Part shown: piece after piece, positions 49,997 to 61,318 of the stretch | How the letters are laid out: each line of letters begins with the position of its first letter | How positions within the stretch are numbered: position 1 is the first letter of the stretch | DNA from: Vermamoeba vermiformis | Taxonomy: Eukaryota | Length of the DNA: 63,690 nucleotides | NCBI GenBank assembly: GCA_045837725.1 | Contig: JBEWZL010000145.1 | Coordinates: forward strand, 496,001 to 559,690 | Reading direction: 5' to 3' | The notes under the pieces: generated by a model | Seen by the model: the letters and a program-made list of their open reading frames with translations, nothing else | Database searches by the model: none | Told to the model about the DNA's origin: nothing | Translations under genes and position numbers: made by a program

Positions 49997-51439
49997 ATGA
50001 CAGAGCTATTTTTGGACATACTACCGCTAGAGATAAGCAAAAAGATTCTCTATTCGCTCAATATTGGACCTTTGATGTCACTATTCCGAACAAGCAAAAG
50101 GTCTTTAGAGTTCAGTCAATCCTATGACTTTTGGCACACCTATTACTTAAGTCACTTTGATTGTATTCCTGAAGATCTTCTGGAGTTCATTTGCATCAAG
50201 CATGGAGATTTGCTGCTTAACAAGAATTCCATTAATGAGTTATTCCCAACAAATATCTGGCTATTAACATTGCAAGCAATGACAGTAGTGTATCAAGTTA
50301 AACCTGCAGATTTACCACAAGACAGAAACCCACTCATTCAGCTTGTCTCCAAGTCATTTCCACAGCTCAAGAGTCAAACCAGTTCTTATGGATCCAGCTT
50401 TGATGGCTTTACATGGCTTACCTCTGTGTGTGGTGCATATGAAATCTACTGGACAGTGCACAAGCTTGGACTACAATATCAACCTGAATTTAATCAGTAC
50501 AGTGCTATTTTGCTTCGAAAGCACGAGTATGTGGATGGCTTCCCTCACCGTGTTGAGCAGTTTGAGCGCTTAGAATATATCTTAGACTGGACTGTAGCAA
50601 ATGACCCCAAGCAATTTGTCAATCAAGTCAAACATCTTATTGAAATGTTTCTATTACTTCGTTACAACTCTGAATTTGAAATCTGTAGAGAAATTATTCC
50701 CAAGTCAAAACTCAAGGAACATTTCATTACAATAGATGAAGCTACTCGTAATATCAATGTAAAGATTGAAGAATATGCAGCTATGGTGGAAACCAATCAA
50801 TTTGATTTGCAGCTCATAGAAAGAAGTATTATTAGATTGAAACAATTGCCCATTCATCAATTGGATTATGCAATGTGTAAACAAATACTGCCCAAAAGAA
50901 CAGAAGTTGATGCATTCAAAAATTACATGCAGCATCATAGGGATTGGGAATTCTACAGAAAGGATTGGAAAGATTTTGTCCATGTTCAACTTTTCTCTGG
51001 CAAAACAAAACACAGGCAAAGCAAGAATATAGCCAAGGTTTTGGTTTTGAGGTGGATACGAGTCATGCTCAACTACTTGATGTTACCCTTGCTTCAACTC
51101 TTTTGGCCTCGTGATATGACAGATCCTGACTTCAATGCCTACAGCTACACTCTGAATTATAATTTCACTCAAGATTATCAACAATTCTATTCATCTCATG
51201 TTTTGGCCAACAAAGTCACTATTTACCATAGTTTCCCTTGGTATTGGCCAGTGCTTGTAACAGGAATGAGTAGGCTAATTCTAGGCCATGTTCTGGAGAT
51301 AATCACTGCTACCTTGAATAACAAACCTCTAGGACCAAGCATTGAGCAATTAATGAAAGCTTTGCAGACTACTGGTTTCTATCCAAAGAGTGCATTAACC
51401 ATGATCCAAGCTTTTTTCAAAAATGAATTTCCTAGCTAG
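49997..51439 (+). CDS. F-box protein (long uninterrupted ORF, CpG-poor)
   Basis: LDILPLEISKKILYSL..LMSLFRTSK...FW F-box consensus at the start of the ORF. Confidence 0.7.
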   Translation: MTELFLDILPLEISKKILYSLNIGPLMSLFRTSKRSLEFSQSYDFWHTYYLSHFDCIPEDLLEFICIKHGDLLLNKNSINELFPTNIWLLTLQAMTVVYQVKPADLPQDRNPLIQLVSKSFPQLKSQTSSYGSSFDGFTWLTSVCGAYEIYWTVHKLGLQYQPEFNQYSAILLRKHEYVDGFPHRVEQFERLEYILDWTVANDPKQFVNQVKHLIEMFLLLRYNSEFEICREIIPKSKLKEHFITIDEATRNINVKIEEYAAMVETNQFDLQLIERSIIRLKQLPIHQLDYAMCKQILPKRTEVDAFKNYMQHHRDWEFYRKDWKDFVHVQLFSGKTKHRQSKNIAKVLVLRWIRVMLNYLMLPLLQLFWPRDMTDPDFNAYSYTLNYNFTQDYQQFYSSHVLANKVTIYHSFPWYWPVLVTGMSRLILGHVLEIITATLNNKPLGPSIEQLMKALQTTGFYPKSALTMIQAFFKNEFPS

Positions 51440-51699
51440 TAATAAATGCATTTTTCTTGTAAGAAGTGCGAAGTCTGATCAAGCACTTGGTTAGCAAATG
51501 TGTTGGCACTGGTCTTGTGTAAAAGAGCCAAAAATTTGTCAGTCAAAATTTTGGCCAAGTTTTGGAAAATAAATTTTGTCAAAACCATTTGGTTTGTGTC
51601 TGAATCCTGACTGCTTTCAGCTTTGTCTATCCAACATGAATACCTCATTTGCAAATGAGGTAAGAGCAGTTCTTGTTCACCATGGTTTACTGAGTGCAA

Positions 51700-52680
51700 A
51701 TATCAGTGGATCAGCAAAGCAGGGGTAAATTTATACCAACATCCTAGTTCTTTGTGCAAAGGAATGACAGCAGCTGTATTTAGTTGCTCTTAGGAGTTGG
51801 GTTGAATTTATTTGCAGCTTTGGGGGTTGCCATGGGAACATTCTTGAATTAACACAAGTAAATCCCATCAAAATTATTTGAATAACCCCAGCTAATATTA
51901 GGGAGTTATGTGAAGGGTGTTGCAACAAAATTTGAGATGTTTGCATCCTGGCCCAGTTCTAGTACTTCAAAGGGTCAAGTACGTGAAGAACAACAATGTT
52001 ATTATTAGTTGTATGCCTGAGCAAAGTTCTTGTAGTGGCATTATCGATCCGCAAGTGTCAAGTGTCAACTTAACACATGTCATCAGTGGAACATCTACTT
52101 CACAAAGCTCCTGCAATGCCTGTGGCAATTGCTCATCTTCCAAAGTTGTTGGTACTGCACACACTATTAATAGTAGTAGCATTGTTCAAGCCCAGACATC
52201 AAATGTCAACATGTCAAGTGTCAAACACCAACATTACTTCTCAGCCTCTCCCTACTCCAGTTCATCCAGTTCAACCAGTAGCTCCAATTCAACCAATTGC
52301 TCAACAAATGGTGGTTAATCAGGCCCCTCAAGTCAATCAGGCTCAGCCACGAGCAGATCCAGTCCAACCTATTCAAGAACAAGGTCCAAGGTGAGCAACT
52401 ATACAGTGTATAGAATCAACATTGATTGACCCTATTAACAGAAATCAAGCCAGTTGTGATCGAGCTCCCTGTGGCTCAGTACACTGTTCCAAAAACAGAA
52501 TCAGTAAGTACATGATGTGGCTGCAGGTTGGATTTTGGAAATTGAAAGTGTGCAACTTTGCACACCTTAAAAGTGTCAAAGACATGAGTGACATAAAGAA
52601 AAAAATAGAAAATGTCATTGTTGATGTAGCTCCACCGGTGCTTGACAGCACTGAAACCCTAAGTGTTCAAACTTGAGGTG
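51700..52680 (+). pseudogene. Decayed Cys-rich, Pro/Gln-rich coding remnant
   Basis: Protein-like frame interrupted by TGA/TAG stops (II*IT, KI*DV) inside the CpG-depleted island. Confidence 0.4.
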
Positions 52681-53091
52681 CACTATATACCTTATAGGAG
52701 TAGGGGTGGGTAGGTGGGGGGTTGCGTATTCAATTTTCATTCACATCAGCATCAAACAGGATGCATGATTAAATATGATGATATTAGCGGTGTTAGCCCC
52801 CGCATAGAAAGGAAGATGAAAGTGATGTTGATTAAATTAAGTGATGTTTGTTTAGTGAGATTTCATTCTGTATTCTCATGAAGAATGATGATTGGGGTGC
52901 GTAGAATAGAGTGATATTGATCTGAATAGAGGGTGTATTCATATATGTAAAAGGGCCTGGCCAGGTAGGAGAAAGTTGACCAGCTAAAATGGTCGTTTAT
53001 TGACATATGCTATCAGTAGCATATGCTGTTATGTTTCTTTGCACTATAACATAAGCTTGTATCCAATGGCATATGTTATAAAATGCATATG

Positions 53092-53890
53092 TTATCGCGA
53101 ATTGGCGTTGAATTGGCGTAAGACTGTGTAAATCAGCTGCTTGATGTACTTCTTGCTGAACAGGTCATTAAAATAGTGGTGCTGTATCCAATAAAGTAAA
53201 CTACGCTGAACAATGCTTCCTTTTTGATTGGCCACCTCCAACAGGGCCACCTTGCACCTCTCTACATGCTCCTCTTTTACAGCTGTAGGTTTCAGCTTTT
53301 TGTGAGTGTACCCATCCTCTGTAAGCTCTTCATACGTGGCAGGTTTCAATTTTTCAACAAATCTTGTTATAAACTTTGCATTTGGAAGATTGAGCATTGC
53401 TGCAACTGACTGTGATAGCTGCTGTTTGTACCGCAAGTGAGCAATATCCTTGCTGCAAACGGTCAGTAAACAACATATGTGTTATTTTACAAGCATATGC
53501 TTACTTTCGATTATAGAGAAATGCCATATGCTGCAAAAAGATTGAAAGCAATTCCATGGAAACAGAGTTGCTCAACTGTGAAAATTTCTTTCCAATGTTC
53601 TTGTGCCAAATTTCATTTTGCGAAGTCCCTTGCTTAGCAGTAGTGTGCTTAGAAATGTTGAAAAGACCAGACAATACCGGTTCTTCAATTAAGTTTTCAA
53701 TAGCAGCCTCAACCTTGCTTGTAACAAGTGCATCATATGCTTTTCCATCAGGTGACAACGACAGCTTTCTGCATATGATATTATTAGCATAGGCAATTAA
53801 AAGCATATGCTGGTACTTACGTGGACTTCTGGATTATATATAGCCTTAGGAGTAGGCTGGTTTAGGTTTATAGGCTTTTGGCATTAAATG
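53092..53890 (-). pseudogene. Spliced hypothetical gene, possibly a pseudogene
   Basis: ORFs 53501-53806 and 53092-53436 are linked by a GTAAG...CAG intron; the putative first exon has an in-frame TAA. Confidence 0.45.
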
Positions 53891-54948
53891 ATACATTTGC
53901 CGTGGAAAGTGTATACAAAATAAATAAGTATATACAAAATTTAAACTTTTATTGCTAATGGTTCCATATCTGCTTTTTGGAAAGCATTAGAAGGAAATAC
54001 CTACTAATATACTTGTATTGTGTTGTGCTTCAGCCTACAAGTTGTTGGCAGGTCTTGGTAAGGATCACAGGAATGTGTATACATAAACCATAATGTGTAT
54101 ATAAAAGGGCATCTGGGTCATTAGGACTTGGGAAGGATATTTGCTTCAATTTTTAAGCATATATTAGTCCAACATTATCAATGAAACACTGAGGAGAGTT
54201 TACAGTACAACAGGGACGTTTATTTTTCCTAATATGTCGTTTATGTAAATTGTGTATACAAAATGTTTTTGTGTATACATTACACTGATTGTGTATACAA
54301 CGATGTATCGTACATCTGTGCTGGCCCTTGGCAGGAATAACTGATGAATGCATTAATTCCGCGCACTGCTAACACTGTTAGTCATACGCATTACAATCCA
54401 GACCCTTTTACTTACCTTGTTGTAACAGAGGGTTTGCTCATCACCCTCTAGCAAACCCACGACGCACACTGCTTTCAAACCCTCGCAAACCTCGTAGCTC
54501 GCGTGTTACGACCTAAACTAACCCTTCAGAGGTTTGGAAAAGGTAAGTTCTTACGTACCGAAAAATTCATCGCAGGACTTTCGGGAGTGACGCAACAGCT
54601 GAGCGTCAACAGGCAAGGTTTGATTTTGAAACATGCTACACTTGAAATAACGCTGCGTAGTGCGTCACTTGAGTGCTATAAATACCTGGATCCAAAATAT
54701 TACAGAAAATTATTCGTAGACGTTGTTACGTGTTAAAAGTGCAACATATTAAAAATGCAAAACAAATTGCACTTTTAATACCCCGTGCGAACAACAGTTA
54801 TTCAGCAAGATTATGCAGGCAATAGAGTGTTTTATGAGCAAAACTAACGTAGATTTAACATTAAGTAATCCTGGTCACGTGACAAGTCCAAAAAAGGCAT
54901 GGTGAAAAATTAGGTTTTGTAGTTTTATTTCATTCGTAAATCAAGCAA

Positions 54949-55396
54949 ATGGTGAAAACAAAGGGCAGCAAGGGAGGGAAGCAAGTTGTGCTTACCCAAG
55001 AGCAATATGATGATATTTTTCGGTATCTACGAGACAAAAGCCAGTTGCCAAAGGATTTTGATAGCTGGGCTCCATACAAAAGAACTCGCTGGCACCAAAC
55101 TGTGGCCAAGTTCTCGTTAGTTGGGCAAGGAGACCAGCCATGGCCGAATGGTCAAATATTACAACTGCAAACCTCCAAAGGGCCAAAGATTTACGTGCCA
55201 CCATCTGAAGTGCAAACAGTACTGAACAGATTTCATCCTTTGACGGCACCCAAGGATATTGTTGGCGATCACAAAGGAGTCAACCGGACCTATAAGACAG
55301 TAAGATTAGATTTATGCATAATTATATCAACAGTGCTATTCGTAGATTGCTTGTGGCCACGCTGGTATAAAGATGGAAGATGTAAAGAATCATTAA
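54949..55396 (+). mobile_element. Truncated N-terminus of a retroviral-type integrase (H2C2 Zn-binding region), Ginger/TDD-like DNA transposase with an intron
   Basis: YDDIFRYL...KIYVPPSEVQTVLNRFH......GDHKGVNRTYKT/IACGHAGIKMEDVKNH*; stops before the expected CxxC and DDE core. Confidence 0.65.
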
Positions 55397-55530
55397 TACA
55401 GATGAGTAGGGTTTGGCCATTTAAGGGTTTGAGCGTTTCAGCATGCAAAAATAGCATGCAAAATCCCATGCAAATTACGATACAAATTTTCCATATTAAA
55501 ACCGAAATCAGACTTGGCAATGTTGTACCA

Positions 55531-55750
55531 AAGATTACGCTCTTGATTTTGGAGCGTAGTCCTGAAGACTACGCTCTGTGCCCGTAGTTTCAAGGACTAC
55601 GCTCGATACCATCACAAAACCGCGAACCCAAATCACACGATGACGGCAAGCTAATTTTGAGCGTAGTCCTGAAGATTACGCTCTCAACACTTGAGCGTAG
55701 TCCTGGAGATTACACTATCAACTCTGGAGCGTCGCGCTGAAGACTACGCT
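55531..55750. repeat. Array of short palindromes GAGCGTAGT-cctgaag-ACTACGCTC, about 5 imperfect copies
   Basis: Perfect 9-bp stem at 55552-55576; variants at about 55583, 55659, 55693 and 55727. Confidence 0.88.
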
Positions 55751-56002
55751 TGTGACGGGTAAGGTTTCTCACCTTTGGGTCTTTTGAGCTTGCTTTGGAA
55801 AGTAGTGATTTTATTTATGTTTATGATAATTAAGTTAAAATAATAAGAAACGATTATTATTCTGCGTCGACACAGATGCGGATGTAGATGTACGCGTTCA
55901 CCAGTAAATAAAGAAATTTAGCATCTTACCTGGCTCGTATCTATTAAGTGTCATAATTATCATACTATTAAATTGTAAATTGAATCGTACGCGTTTGAGA
56001 AA

Positions 56003-56059
56003 GAGATCGGGAAAGATCACAAGATCCGGAAAGATCGGACAAGATCGGACAAGATCGGG
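56003..56059. repeat. Short AAGATC(GG) repeat cluster, about 6 copies, about 10-bp period
   Basis: gagatcgggaaagatcacaagatccggaaagatcggacaagatcggacaagatcggg. Confidence 0.75.
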
Positions 56060-56492
56060 TTAAAACTAAAAATTCGAAGAACAACTCGTGCGTATTCACT
56101 CCTGTTGGTCAACTCTGACTGGATTCATTTTTACGCGCAATAATAGATCACGCTCCATTTTTGGTTGAAGCACGTGGTTGTCACGTGCTCAAATTCCGAA
56201 TCTACGCTTCAATCACTTTCCCAATTATTTTCAAAAGAAACACAAAAGCTCTTTGCAATACACTGAGCTGTTAAGTACGCAGTCCGGCAATACCTCACTG
56301 CGTAATCATCGAGCATCAAAGCAGATTCGCTCGGAATTGAGGGCTTTCCTAAAAGCTAGTCCTCTGTATTAAATTAATATAACAATATATTAATTACGTA
56401 GTCTGTAATATCGTCGCACGGTTCCCAATAGGCTCCGTCTCGATTTTATTTAAAATTAATTAAATTCAATCTGGCTCGATCAAAGGTTTCAA

Positions 56493-58948
56493 ATGGTAAA
56501 AAATTACAGAAATAATTATTTAATGACGATTTATTAATAGCATTTCATTTTAGAACCCGAAAATTACGGATCTTCCTCTACCGATCAAGATTCGGAACTA
56601 TTTTCAGTTCTTAAGCTTGGCCAGAAACCGACTACAAGTGGGCGGCATCGAAGCTGCTATACAAAATGCAGAGCGCAAAATATCCGCTTACTCGACATTC
56701 ACTAAGCGCGAGGATTTTGTCCTTCTGTTCTGCATCTTCGACTTCCACCAGATGCTGCAGGACCCTGCAGAGGGAACCCGTTATTACCCGCAGTGGTATA
56801 AAACATACCGCGACTTAATCTCAGACGCACTGGGCGTACCGATTGGAGACTCACTTGAGTGGAGAGATGTTGGTACCTTTTTGAAAGGCTTCTACGCACG
56901 GTTCGAAGCAGCTAAGCGCATCTGCGAGGAAGCCGTACAGGCGAAGTTTTTGGCCAACCCGAACGAGGAATACACCCAACTTATTCACATAGAGTATCAC
57001 AAGCTGTGGGTAGCGCTTCGATACCACTACTCATATTGGAAAACTGACGATAGTCTTCGCGCGCTATTCACCTCTAAAGATTTAAAGTACCCGTGCGACT
57101 GTGACTACAACCGACCACTATTCACAAAGTTCGCGTCATTTGTTAGCGATACCTTTAAGCCGCAACAGCAAGGTAGGTGCACGCATTAATATTTATTTGT
57201 CTCTAATTATTACTAGGTCGGGCAGCTCGAAACCCAACCACGTCAAACTCCGATGTCCCGACCTAAGGACAGCCCGTTAGACTTCATTGAGGGATGCCGC
57301 GGCTTAGGTCATCATTGGTTTCACCTGCCAACTTTCGCTGCTGAGGACCGGCCTCTTTTCTCAAATCAAGCAAAACGAAAGGCCCCTGCCCCAAATGAAA
57401 ATGCTCCTTCGCCGAAAAAAGCGAAACCCTCCATTGAGGCCGTTGTGCAAGAACCAGTCCTTCACGAAGAGCCACAACCCGTGCTAGTTAGCAGTGAAGA
57501 CGAAGACGAAGATCTACTGCCCGCTTCCCCAAAACCTCAGACGCCGCCAATAGTAGTAAGTCTTAAATATCTCCGTTTATATTCTCTAACACAAGCAATA
57601 GGATTCTCCAGTTGCTCGGTCTCCTTCTGAAAGCTCGGATTCCGGCTCCAATCGCGAAGAAACCGTTCCCCCGTTACGAGTCAGCTTTGAAGTGTGGCAA
57701 AACGACTTGAATGCCATCAAGCGCAAAGAAATGTCGTTTGATTACGACGAAGTTACCCTGTGCAATTTTCGCTTTGAGGTTGAAGATCTTGCCCATTTAT
57801 CCGCGAAATGTTGGTGGCTTGGCTTTTCCAGCATGAACCTACTAGGTGAGCGACCCTCTCTCTCAAAAGAAGCCAAAAGCAAGTACGTAGCGATTATTAC
57901 TCGCGTTACAATTTTTTTCTGATTTTTTTAGGCTAGATCAGATTCGTGTTTTGGTTGCGGACTCAACCCCGCCCTCTGTGGTCAACTTTGTATGGCGAAA
58001 TTGCCCAAATATTGGCTCTATCACATATATCAGTAGCAATTGCTCGACGGCGTTGTTGCTAGAGAAGCAAAAGTTGACAAATCTCAGATTCGTACATCTG
58101 GGTTCGAAAACTTTCAACAGCCGGCTACTTGACGCATTTGGCTCAACAAACCTCCTTACCGTTGTTCGTACCATTGCAAAAGAGGCAAGACAGCTTGTTG
58201 GCTTGCGTTTACCGCTGCCAACCCAGTCGGATTTCACTTTGGATGTCGGTTTCCTGGCCAAATGCCAACTTCCATCCACACTGCGTTTGCTAGAGTTAGT
58301 GTGTCTCAAGGGCAATGTGCGGGTTGACCTGCGTGCATTGGGCTTGTTATCTTTTGTGAATCTTTCGCTGATCAACTTTTTCGTTGCGCCAATCCCGGAG
58401 AGTGATGACTCTTTCGACGAAGATTTTGAAGAAGATTATATGCCTAAAGGACCAACTTTACACTTGGGTGGAACTGACCTCGATATCACAACAAAAATTT
58501 TCGAGGATGTAGTTCAGAAACGACCGTAAGTCCTCACAATTACACAATTATGTTTTCTAATTCTTGTAAATTAGGTTTGCTTTTGACAACGAATCACTTG
58601 TACCGCGGCTTATATATTCGCCGAGGTACTTTTCCGAGCTTTGGGACAGATTCGTGCACCTGACACTGCAGCCAGGCTCCAAACCGCAAACAGAGAGTGA
58701 GATAAAGAATGGCATACCTGGAAGACGAATCAGCTTTTACCCTGCCATACCTCCTCCCCCGCAGCATAGGTCAACAGAGGTCGAGTATTGGGTGAAAATC
58801 CTGCTCGATCCAGATGGATCCAACCAAGAAACATTCCAAGTGTTACCACCGAAGACTTCCACTCATAAGTTCTCCCACTTTGTAGCCAACATTTGATGCG
58901 GAGCTGCCACGTCGGCGTCACGTGCTTGTATCGCTTTCCGACCAATAA
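56493..58948 (+). CDS. Orphan multi-exon protein with basic/acidic linker and an LRR-like leucine-rich C-terminal half
   Basis: ATG micro-exon, intron 56496-56553 in frame with ORF 56617; further ORFs 57253, 57692, 57951 and 58654 are joined by GT-AG introns. Confidence 0.6.
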
Positions 58949-59052
58949 ACGCGTGTCGACTTGATATTTAACGCTCCGGTGGTTCATTTGGTGCACGCTA
59001 TTCGAGCACACGCACAGTTTACAACCAATATCTACTACTCACTACTACTCCA

Positions 59053-61149
59053 ATGGTAAGTAGTACTTTTGTAGCAAGCTTTATATTGACATTGCACGTG
59101 TCATACATTTTCTAGTCACATCCCGAGACTTGCCTGGCCAAGGTTCAACGCCTCGTTTCAACTCAAAAGGCAAGGTTATCCGCAGCTGCAGAAGGTCCCA
59201 ACAATAGCAACAACAGCCCCCAAACAGAGGTCTGTTTAAAAATTTGAAAAATGGCGCCATCTCCTGACTTTTGGCCAGATTACCGCCGACGAACCTCAAA
59301 CTTGTCGTCCAGCACGCACCAAGAAGAACGTGTCATACTATGGTAAGTTAGCATGCAAATTTTTTTTGTTAAATTAGGATGCGGATGTGAACTCACCAGT
59401 CTCGTCAGAATCTAGTGAGGATGAAGAGTCACCGCCTATTAGCCCGTGTGCCGAGCCGAAGAGTGACGAAGAGAGTAATCTTAATAGTGCACAACTTGCG
59501 GCTCTAGATCGCAGAGATCTGCACATCCAAGACCAGCCAAATTCTGACGATGAAGACTTCATTGCCGCCGGTGGTGAGATTCCTAATGACGAGGAATACG
59601 AAAAGGAAGAAAGTGAAGAGAGCGAAGAAAGTGAAGAGAGCGAAGAAAGTGAAGAGAGCGAAGAAAGTGAAGAGAGCGACGAGAGTAAGAGCGGTGACAA
59701 AGAGCCTGGCGCGAGTAAGAATGAAGAAGACGCAGGCACCATCAACCCACCTGACAATCCTAGTGCACTCACTTTAAAGGACCTCAGTCTTAATGAGGGG
59801 TCCAGCATTGAAAGTCGCCGGATCGTTCGTGCTCGTAAAGCTTCGCCCACACCTACAGCCGTCCAACAAGCGCCATCACCACCAAGAGCTGAGCAACCAC
59901 AAGCCGTTCAAACACCTCCCCAATCCGAGTCTGTCGTACAGCCTCAAAGCCCACCATTGAGTCCTACAAAGAAGCGCAATCAATCTAGTTCAAGCGCAAA
60001 TAACACTAACTCGCGCAAACTACGATTTAAACGACGCACAATTAAAGCCGTAAAGATTGCGACCAAACAAGGTAACCAATGACTAATTCTTATGACGCGA
60101 ATGAATCTAACCTGCCGATCAGGACCTCAAAACGAATTGAAGAATCTTCAACGCCGAATAATGGAAGAGAAATCACGAGAGGCTCGTCAATATCTTACGT
60201 GCAAGTACATTAAAGCAGTACGGCACCACGTGCAGCTATTGCAAACACTGGGAGTTGGCTACATTGTAAAAGTGTCAAAAGGAAAGGGTCAATTCCTTGG
60301 GTTTGAATTTAACAACAAAAAATTCAAACTTAAGCAGCGGAAGGGCACGCGGACACTTCAAGAGGCCGCAAGTCCAAAGAAAGTCAAGCTCGTTAGCCCT
60401 GAGGAGGAAGATCGCAATGAAGTCTGTAAGTAAGAAATAATTAGTTCTCAGCTCATTCTAACGTATATCTAGTTGAAGGAGTACCGCCAAATCTACTGCG
60501 GATGCTTAAGTGCTGTCACTTCTTGGAGAAGTCATACGAGCGAATCTCTGCGTCTATGCAAATCGAGTTACCGCATGTCTCAACGCACGTACCATCCCCT
60601 ATACTTGGCTATTTTGCTTCAGGGGTTATTGACATCGATTTTGACGATAACTCGGATATCGTGAAATCGATGGATAGTGTTCTGACGAGCGTTTCCCAAC
60701 TTCAAACACGCGTGATTGACTTGACAGTGCTGGTCAAGCTGAAAATGTTCTACTTGGGTGCGGTGGTCGACAAGCTATGCGACAAGCTAAAGCGGCAGGC
60801 TAAGCAGACAAGCGAGCAAGCTATCAACATCGAGGTGAACGACAAGCTGTTCAACATTCTCAATCAATGCGATGCAAAAAGTTTTGTTGCTGCTGCGGAT
60901 GATCTTGACCTGAAGGCGTTCAATCAATCTGGCCAGGCGGATCAGAAGCGAACTTTCTTTCGTCAGTGGAAGTTCCGCTTGATGCGCTTTTTCAATATTT
61001 GCTCAATCGAGCGCAAATTGTTATTCACGGATTTGTCGATGACAAAAATTGTCAAGACTTTTCCGGACGTATCAAAAACGCAAATATTTTTTGATTACGT
61101 CCGCACTCACCCGGAAGAGTTTCCGAAATGGCTAACTGATTCAATGTAG
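59053..61149 (+). CDS. Orphan multi-exon protein with (EES)n acidic tract and helical C-terminal domain
   Basis: ATG micro-exon; spliced RTKKNVSYY/ESSEDEE; 18-bp tandem repeat encoding EES at about 59606-59680; ORFs 60092 and 60502. Confidence 0.6.
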
Positions 61150-61318
61150 TTTGGTTACGACATTACGAACACTTACATGAACGAGCCACAAGTTTGTATG
61201 TAATACACTTTATTGCTCACAATATAAATCTAATTCACGTACTACAGCAACCATTTCACCGTTCAAGGCTCACTTTGACCGAGAGTTCAATCTATTTGAT
61301 TTTGACAAGGAGAACGGA

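Noticed and set aside
55922-55940. U1 snRNA 5' end (CTTACCTGG)
   Set aside because: No downstream U1 stem-loops or Sm site are recognisable; it fits a minus-strand splice-donor-like sequence or chance.
59374-59850. Antisense (SSL)n and alternative-frame (KKVKRA)n ORFs
   Set aside because: These are shadows of the EES-encoding tandem repeat.
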